Assembly (NCBI RefSeq): GCF_000018465.1
Contig: NC_010085.1
Location: 300,001-332,000 of the forward strand
Direction of reading: 5' to 3'
Source: Nitrosopumilus maritimus SCM1
GTDB taxonomy: Archaea; Thermoproteota; Nitrososphaeria; Nitrososphaerales; Nitrosopumilaceae
Length of the DNA: 32,000 bases
A program made the translations under genes and the position numbers. Under the pieces are notes generated by a model. That model saw nothing but the letters and a program-made list of their open reading frames with translations. It was not told where the DNA came from and ran no database searches. Positions 26,295-32,000 of this stretch are shown here, in pieces; position 1 is the first letter of the stretch, and every line of letters begins with the position of its first letter.

Positions 26295-26474
26295 ATGGGA
26301 TTCAAGGACCTTTTTGTTGGTGGAAATTCTGAGAACATTCCAGTTAAAGTACAATGTACTGGATGCCAAAGAATCACTGTAGTCAAAATTCCATCTAACA
26401 AACCATTTCAAAAATGGAATGAAAAGGCAAGTTGCAGTCATTGTAATGCAACTAACTGCTGGCAAAAAGTTTGA
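26295..26474 (+). CDS. 59 aa double-CxxC mini-protein, not in the ORF track
   Basis: Hand translation: MGFKDLFVGGNSENIPVKVQCTGCQRITVVKIPSNKPFQKWNEKASCSHCNATNCWQKV*, starting 3 nt after the upstream stop. Confidence 0.7.
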   Translation: MGFKDLFVGGNSENIPVKVQCTGCQRITVVKIPSNKPFQKWNEKASCSHCNATNCWQKV

Positions 26475-26497
26475 TTTTAAAAAATAAGAAAAAAAGA

Positions 26498-28084
26498 TTA
26501 GTTTGCAGGAACTGCAATACCTCTATCTATCATCTTTAGTGCAGTATCAGCTTTTAGACACATTGCTACACCATTTGATGTTTTCATGACAAGACTGTAT
26601 CCTTCACGACATTCTACCTCTGATGCATCAACACCAGCTGCAATCTGAATTCGTGGAGAAATCCATGCTAGTTGCATGTCTTTTGCCTTTTCAATGAATT
26701 CTTCTCTAAGTTGTTGTTTCTCTTCACTAGTCATCTCTGCTGCTCTTTCACGAAGTTCTGATTTGAAAGCCTTCATCTCTGCAATTCTATCATGAATCAT
26801 AGATTTTCTTTCATCAGAGACACTGTGTTTCATCTTTTTCATGTGTTCTTTGAACTTCATCTTTAATTCAGAATGTTTCTTGTCAAGATCACCATATTTT
26901 TCACGATATTTTTTCTTGATTTCATCCATTCTTTCATCTGAGATGTCATATTTTGTCATGATCATTGCTTTGAGATGTTTAGATTTTTCTGAAAATTTCA
27001 TGTCATGATGTTTTTCCATCATTTTCTCCTTCATGGAATCATGATGTTTCTTTTTGTAGTCTGCTTTTTCTTCAGGAGTCATAGAACACCAATTAGAAAT
27101 TCTATCGAGTTTTACTGCATCTGTAATTTCTGCAGCACGATCTGATTCAGACATTGCACATAGTTTGTCATAATTCATATGATGTTTTTTCTCATGCATT
27201 TTTTCTTTCATGTGTGCTTTGTATGTCTCTAGATTATCTTTGATGAATGTTTTTCGTTCAGCTTCGTCAGCTTCACAATATGTATTCATCTTTGTTTGGT
27301 GCTCTTCGGTTTTGTCATGCTCAGCAATGTATGCCTTTTTGTCTTCATCAGACATTACACAATAATTCTCTAGTTTTTCTCTAAAATCTACTGCATGATC
27401 TCTTTTGTAGTCAGCTGCATATTTTTTGATGGCAGTTTTGATTTCTCCTTTGTAATTTTCCAAAAGATCCTCAACTGCATCTTGTTCTTCATCAGACATT
27501 TCACAATAGTTTGTTAGTCTATCTCTGAATTGCTCAAGTATGGGACGGTCTGCAAATAATTTGCGTTTATCCTCATCGGTAGCTGCACAAAATCTGTCTA
27601 ACAAATCTCCAAGATCATATTCACCATCATGTTCTTTTTCTCCAGGGAAATTCTCTCTGATAAATTCATCAATGGCATCATCTCTTTCATCTTCAGACAT
27701 TTCACAATAATTTGCTAATCTGTCTGCAAACTGTTCAATCCTTGGATGGTCTGCAAAGAACTGACGTTTTTCCTCATCAGTCATCTCACAGAAATGCTCT
27801 AATCTGTCATCAAGATCTGCATGTTTATCGTATCTATCATCGTCATCGTATCTATCATCGTCATCGTATCTATCATCGTCATCGTATCTATCATCGTCAT
27901 CGTATCTATCATCGTCATCGTATCTATCATCGTCATCGTATCTATCATCGTCATCGTATCTATCATCGTCATCGTATCTATCATCATCCATGTCATCATC
28001 TACTTGTGCAAAAGCAGGACCTGCAGATACACCAAGTACCAAAATCATGGATAAAACAACGCTTAGAAGTTGTGTACTATTCAT
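26498..28084 (-). CDS. Large secreted acidic repeat protein with (DDDDRY)n tract and paired-Cys repeats
   Basis: 528 aa. Signal peptide MNSTQLLSVVLSMILVLGVSAGPAFAQ, (DDDDRY)n, four C-x(23-27)-C units, long K/E/M helical region, C-terminal VDASEVECREGYSLVMKTSNGVAMCLKADTALKMIDRGIAV. Confidence 0.85.
   Translation of the reverse strand: MNSTQLLSVVLSMILVLGVSAGPAFAQVDDDMDDDRYDDDDRYDDDDRYDDDDRYDDDDRYDDDDRYDDDDRYDDDDRYDDDDRYDKHADLDDRLEHFCEMTDEEKRQFFADHPRIEQFADRLANYCEMSEDERDDAIDEFIRENFPGEKEHDGEYDLGDLLDRFCAATDEDKRKLFADRPILEQFRDRLTNYCEMSDEEQDAVEDLLENYKGEIKTAIKKYAADYKRDHAVDFREKLENYCVMSDEDKKAYIAEHDKTEEHQTKMNTYCEADEAERKTFIKDNLETYKAHMKEKMHEKKHHMNYDKLCAMSESDRAAEITDAVKLDRISNWCSMTPEEKADYKKKHHDSMKEKMMEKHHDMKFSEKSKHLKAMIMTKYDISDERMDEIKKKYREKYGDLDKKHSELKMKFKEHMKKMKHSVSDERKSMIHDRIAEMKAFKSELRERAAEMTSEEKQQLREEFIEKAKDMQLAWISPRIQIAAGVDASEVECREGYSLVMKTSNGVAMCLKADTALKMIDRGIAVPAN
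27829..27990 (-). repeat. In-frame tandem repeat, 9 x 18 bp, encoding (DDDDRY)n
   Basis: cgtatctatc occurs at 27829, 27847, 27865, 27883, 27901, 27919, 27937, 27955 and 27973; the last unit is degenerate (catcca instead of cgtcat). Confidence 0.97.
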
Positions 28085-28103
28085 TGAATTTTTTTAGGGT
28101 TTT

Positions 28104-28112
28104 TGATATAAA
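28104..28112 (-). promoter_or_regulatory. Probable TATA box for the 28084 gene
   Basis: Minus strand CTTTATATC about 25 nt upstream of the ATG. Confidence 0.45.
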
Positions 28113-28211
28113 GAGATGCGTATCTTTGTAGAGGATCTTTTATTATCTATGAGAAATTTGATGAGGTTTTTGTGCCTAAATCCTTAAGTTCAAAATTGTT
28201 CTATAGAATTT

Positions 28212-28352
28212 ATGCCCTGTCTACGTTGTGATGGGAAAGGAAAAGTACGAAACGAGTTTGGTATGTGGGAAAAATGTGAATCATGTCAGAAAAAAGAAAT
28301 GACTTTTGAGAGTGTGCATCCTGAACCTGATGTCAATGAAGAAGGAATTTAA
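28212..28352 (+). CDS. 46 aa zinc-finger-like mini-protein, not in the ORF track
   Basis: MPCLRCDGKGKVRNEFGMWEKCESCQKKEMTFESVHPEPDVNEEGI*. CxxCxGxG...CxxC resembles a DnaJ-type zinc-finger half. Confidence 0.55.
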   Translation: MPCLRCDGKGKVRNEFGMWEKCESCQKKEMTFESVHPEPDVNEEGI

Positions 28353-28376
28353 TCTGATTAAGTTTGTGTGAGAATT

Positions 28377-28568
28377 ATGGATAATCTAGATAACGCAAAA
28401 CATGATCACCAGAAAAATAAATCCGATATCGTAAATTTGGTAAAACAAATGTTTGCCCAAAACAAATGGGGTGATGAAGAATATCGACAGGCTTTGCAAG
28501 AATTAGTGAAAAAAGATGAAGAACTGGTATCTGAAGTTACAAGAATTATCAAGGAAAGACATGGATGA
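28377..28568 (+). CDS. Small hypothetical protein
   Basis: MDNLDNAKHDHQKNKSDIVNLVKQMFAQNKWGDEEYRQALQELVKKDEELVSEVTRIIKERHG. Overlaps the next small ORF by 8 bp. Confidence 0.55.
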   Translation: MDNLDNAKHDHQKNKSDIVNLVKQMFAQNKWGDEEYRQALQELVKKDEELVSEVTRIIKERHG

Positions 28569-28878
28569 GAAAAAACTCAAACAAGAAGACTGTCATGAGG
28601 ATGGTATTGGTCAAGGAGTTCTTACACTAACTAACAAAAGAATTGCATTTGATAAAACTAGGTCTCGAATTATGGATTTTTCAAAACACATGGGTGAGAC
28701 AATACTTGACATTCCATTGAATGATATATCTCATACCTGGCGTGAATGATTATTGATGAAAAAAGCTTGTATCTCTGCTAGAACCACTGATGGTGAGAAA
28801 ACCTACAAGTTTGGTGTGTTTAATGTAGGTGGTTGGGTTGATTCTATCCAAGATGCAATAGATGATCAACAATCTTAA
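28561..28878 (+). pseudogene. PH/GRAM-like small domain gene interrupted by in-frame TGA at 28747-28749, or two adjacent mini-ORFs
   Basis: Frame reads MDEKKLKQEDCHEDGIGQGVLTLTNKRIAFDKTRSRIMDFSKHMGETILDIPLNDISHTWRE*LLMKKACISARTTDGEKTYKFGVFNVGGWVDSIQDAIDDQQS*. Both halves lie in the same frame. Confidence 0.6.
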
Positions 28879-28904
28879 GTTAACAGTTTTTCCTAGTATG
28901 ATTA

Positions 28905-29423
28905 ATGGCTGATGCAAAATTCTCATGGTATGGTAACTTTTATGGAATTGCTTGGAGAACTCATGCTGGAAATCCAATTGCAGTTCCATTGTTTGTAAAA
29001 CAAGATGAATCTCAAAAAATTGCAGATATTATTAAAACATGGAAGCCAAAAGACATCCATCTTACATTCATTGAAAAAGATGATGGCAATTATGCCATTT
29101 GTATCTACCAAGAGGCTGATTCGGGTGAAAATATTGGACTTTATCGATCTGGTATGAGTCAGACAGGAACCTATGGCAAAATAAAACAGATGATTGAAAA
29201 AAAATCTTCAATGTGGAATCCTCTACGGGCATACATTCAGATTGTATATGCTACTGATCCTGCAGATTCTAAAACTTATCAAAACATGACAGACTATATC
29301 ATAATTGGTAGATTAGAGATTATTTCAGAAGATGCTCTAAAATCTAAAAGATTTGTAATAGAGAAAGATGCACACACTACACTTGGCGGATATGATGTAG
29401 AAAATACCACTGATGAGAATTAA
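28905..29423 (+). CDS. Conserved-looking hypothetical protein
   Basis: 172 aa soluble ORF MADAKFSWYGNFYGIAWRTHAGNPIAVPLFVKQ...; no family recognised. Confidence 0.65.
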   Translation: MADAKFSWYGNFYGIAWRTHAGNPIAVPLFVKQDESQKIADIIKTWKPKDIHLTFIEKDDGNYAICIYQEADSGENIGLYRSGMSQTGTYGKIKQMIEKKSSMWNPLRAYIQIVYATDPADSKTYQNMTDYIIIGRLEIISEDALKSKRFVIEKDAHTTLGGYDVENTTDEN

Positions 29424-29461
29424 CTCTAGCCTTTATCTTGTAAATTTTTGATATTTGATTT

Positions 29462-29695
29462 ATGGCTGAAATCTGTGAGAGATGCAGTAAATCCGTAGAT
29501 GAAACTGCTAGATATAACAAACATGAAGTAGACAAACTACTTTGTTCTGCTTGCATTTCAGAGATTGATGAATATTATTCCATTACTTGTGCAAAATGTG
29601 GCAAACCTGCTCATATGAGAGGAAATTTGATTGAATATGAGAATGAAAAGATTTGTCCTGTATGTATGGATGAAATAAGAATAAAAGAAAATTAA
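29462..29695 (+). CDS. Small zinc-binding protein with CxxC knuckles
   Basis: MAEICERCSKSVDETARYNKHEVDKLLCSACISEIDEYYSITCAKCGKPAHMRGNLIEYENEKICPVCMDEIRIKEN. Confidence 0.7.
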   Translation: MAEICERCSKSVDETARYNKHEVDKLLCSACISEIDEYYSITCAKCGKPAHMRGNLIEYENEKICPVCMDEIRIKEN

Positions 29696-29706
29696 AAAAG
29701 AAAAAA

Positions 29707-30012
29707 TTAGTTTGTTGGGTTCATTAGTTCTGCTCTTTCTTTGACCTTTTGATCAACTAGAGCACTAATGTATTGACCAGGTTCTGCATTACATTCTCCA
29801 ATGTTTACTGCATGACCGTCTAGAGTTTCAGCGATACAGCCACTATCAGTAACTGCAACTATTTTTACGGTCTCTAGTACTTCAACTGGTTCAACATAAT
29901 ACATCAGGTATGCAAATCCTGCAAGTCCAATACTTGAAACTATTCCTATTATGATTACCAAGGATTTGTAATCTGATGATTTTTTGATTTTTTTATTTGG
30001 TATTGCTGACAT
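29707..30012 (-). CDS. Hypothetical single-pass membrane protein
   Basis: KSLVIIIGIVSSIGLAGFAYLMYYV hydrophobic segment, C-terminal extracellular-like part with two Cys. Confidence 0.6.
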   Translation of the reverse strand: MSAIPNKKIKKSSDYKSLVIIIGIVSSIGLAGFAYLMYYVEPVEVLETVKIVAVTDSGCIAETLDGHAVNIGECNAEPGQYISALVDQKVKERAELMNPTN

Positions 30013-30105
30013 GTATAATGATACGCGTCTTTCTAATTTGATTGGTTTTGTGGTTTCTTGTGATTTGAAAATTATCCTATTAATTTAAATTTCTAATTCA
30101 CGTAA

Positions 30106-30759
30106 TTATGTACACAATTTTTTTGCTCTTTTGAAAACTGCATGCCAATCTTTCCAAAGTAGTCTTCCTGTCTGTGTGTTTTGCTTTGATGGATGATATG
30201 ATGTAATAACTTGCATTTCATTATATTTGAACACTTGATTATGCCCAAATTTTCCTGGCTTTACATCTAACAGCTTACAGGTTGCATCATATGCAATTTT
30301 TCCTAGACACAGGATTGTTGTAACATTATTTAGAATTTGGAGCTCTTGCTCTAGGAATGAAAAGCAATTTTGCATCTCTTCTTTAGTTGGCTTGTTTTGA
30401 GGTGGGGCACATCTTACTGCAGCTGTAATGTAGGCATTGTTTAGTGTTAGTCCGTCATCACTGGTTTGACTAGTTGGAATATTTGCAAATCCTGTCTTAT
30501 GCATTACTTTGGCAAGCCAGTCTCCTGAAGAATCTCCCGTAAACATCCTGCCTGTTCTGTTTCCGCCATGAGCTGCAGGAGCTAATCCTACAATGAGTAA
30601 TTTAGCATTGATGTCCCCAAATCCTGATAGAGGTCTACCATAGTATGTTTCATCTTTAAATCGCCTAACTTTGTTTTTGGCAACATCTCTAATGTATGCC
30701 GATAATCTTGTACATCTTTGACATGATTTTATTTTTTTATTGAGAGTTTCTATTTTCAT
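30106..30759 (-). CDS. Uracil-DNA glycosylase, type V (UDGb)-like
   Basis: CQRCTRLSAYIRD, LLIVGLAPAAHGGNRTGRMFTGDSSGDWL, NNAYITAAVRCAPPQNKPT, VITSYHPSKQNTQTG. Confidence 0.88.
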   Translation of the reverse strand: MKIETLNKKIKSCQRCTRLSAYIRDVAKNKVRRFKDETYYGRPLSGFGDINAKLLIVGLAPAAHGGNRTGRMFTGDSSGDWLAKVMHKTGFANIPTSQTSDDGLTLNNAYITAAVRCAPPQNKPTKEEMQNCFSFLEQELQILNNVTTILCLGKIAYDATCKLLDVKPGKFGHNQVFKYNEMQVITSYHPSKQNTQTGRLLWKDWHAVFKRAKKLCT

Positions 30760-30771
30760 TTTTTTTGAATT

Positions 30772-32000
30772 TTATTCAATTAGTATTGCTGGTTTGAAAG
30801 GCCTTGCATGTCTAGCTTTTCCTTTAGGATCATAAATGTTAGAATCACTTTCTGAATAAACTTCAATATCTACTCCAAACTCTTTTTGTCCCATACTTGC
30901 AATTTCTGATTTTAGGAACTCTTTTTCATCAAAGCTTTCTGCTTCAAGCTTCATCTTTTTGATTTCCTCTGACTCTGAATGCAAATCCTTAATTGTTTTC
31001 TGTACAAAGTCTGGCATTTTCTTGGCATCTGTAGTATTTGGATCTGCAATGAGTTCTTTCATTACAACTCCCATGTTGTTTTGACCTCCCACCATAATGC
31101 TTAGCATCTTGCGATAGATTTTGGACTTTGTTTCATCTGAATTTACATAGATTACAATCTTTTTTGGAGTAATTTTTGTAACTTTGATAATGTTTGCAAT
31201 ATCGTCAATTGTATTCTTCAATAACTCTTCAGCTTGAATTGATGCAGCATCTACTTTGTCTGCTGAATATTCCGGCCACTGTGATTTTGAAACTAGTTCC
31301 GAGTTTCCAAGATTTTTCCACATCTCTTCGGCTACATGCGGTGCAAATGGAGACAACATTGCAACTCGAGATGAGTTGATTTGATGTAAAATTCCAGAAA
31401 CATCATCACGACCTTTAGCTGCAATTCTCTTTTGATACCAACTCAAATCAGTTTCAAATGTAAAGAGGATATCGTGTAGTGCTTCACGTAATCTCATCTT
31501 CTCAACTGCTTCTGTAATTTCTGCAATCTTGCTCTGAGTTTTGGAGAGAATCCACCTGTCTTCAGCCTGCAACTCACCAATTTCGCTTGTTTTGAGGCTA
31601 GAACATGCCTCTAAAAGCGATTCAAGCTTGCTTTGAATACCTGAAACTGATTCCATGTTAAAATCAGCATCTTGGAGCAATTCAGCTGATGAAATTATAG
31701 CTAATCTGATTGGGTCTGCACCATGATCTTTGATTGCAGCTCGTAATGGAATGATGTTTCCCATACTCTTTGACATTTTAGCTCCATCCATCATTACACT
31801 ACCATTAACAACAATCTCTTGTGGCCACAAATTCTTTTCAAATATTGCAACATGATTTAAAACAAAAAATGACAAGTGATTCTGAACCAAATCACGACCT
31901 GAATGTCTTGAATCAACTGGATAAAAATATGTAAATTCTTTTTTCATTGTATTGATTATGTCTTCAGAAAGTTTTGATGTGCTTGTAGCCAGTGAAACAT
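30772..32000 (-). CDS. leuS: Leucyl-tRNA synthetase, C-terminal part; 5' end beyond the right edge
   Basis: PVDSRHSGRDLVQNHLSFFVLNHVAIF, NGSVMMDGAKMSKSMGNIIPLRAAIKDHGADPIRL, anticodon-binding-like SPFAPHVAEEMWKNLG. The frame stays open past 31947 to the window end. Confidence 0.9.
   Translation of the reverse strand, partial: VSLATSTSKLSEDIINTMKKEFTYFYPVDSRHSGRDLVQNHLSFFVLNHVAIFEKNLWPQEIVVNGSVMMDGAKMSKSMGNIIPLRAAIKDHGADPIRLAIISSAELLQDADFNMESVSGIQSKLESLLEACSSLKTSEIGELQAEDRWILSKTQSKIAEITEAVEKMRLREALHDILFTFETDLSWYQKRIAAKGRDDVSGILHQINSSRVAMLSPFAPHVAEEMWKNLGNSELVSKSQWPEYSADKVDAASIQAEELLKNTIDDIANIIKVTKITPKKIVIYVNSDETKSKIYRKMLSIMVGGQNNMGVVMKELIADPNTTDAKKMPDFVQKTIKDLHSESEEIKKMKLEAESFDEKEFLKSEIASMGQKEFGVDIEVYSESDSNIYDPKGKARHARPFKPAILIE

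Noticed and set aside
27712-28131. Alternate-frame ORFs over the 18 bp repeats (RIYHRH..., IVIVS..., TMTMID...)
   Set aside because: Same artefact. The minus DDDDRY frame has a signal peptide, a TATA box and a long continuation.

Overview
This 32 kb AT-rich archaeal window looks like Nitrosopumilales / Thaumarchaeota (Nitrososphaerota). The supporting signs are unsplit rpoB and rpoA, PEFG-CTERM surface proteins, an archaeal rpoH-rpoB-rpoA-L30e-nusA-S12-S7 order and short-leader TATA promoters. Left part: a divergent nickel-pincer-nucleotide (Lar) cofactor cluster. The minus arm is malate dehydrogenase, larB and a partial radical-SAM/B12-like protein; the plus arm is larC, larE and a cysteine desulfurase. 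No larA is visible. Next come four consecutive minus-strand PEFG-CTERM secreted proteins, three of which share a nucleotide-identical 3' module. The information-processing cluster is interrupted between rpoA and L30e by an Sm-like gene and two secreted-protein genes, one with a 9 x 21 bp in-frame repeat and TPR-like repeats. Next is an intron-containing tRNA, probably Gln(CTG). The rest is mostly accessory or single genes: YkgJ-like, GNAT, geranylgeranyl-reductase-like, nitroreductase, small zinc-ribbon proteins, a large secreted protein with a (DDDDRY)n repeat and paired-Cys repeats, an apparently nonsense-interrupted PH/GRAM-like small gene, a type V-like uracil-DNA glycosylase and a partial leuS. 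No CRISPR array, transposase, phage cassette or rRNA was recognised. Strongest follow-up targets: the Lar cluster without LarA but with mdh and a desulfurase, the recombining PEFG-CTERM module, the hairpin-rich intergenic region at 24.59-24.72 kb, the Cys-pair repeat protein, and the in-frame TGA at 28747.
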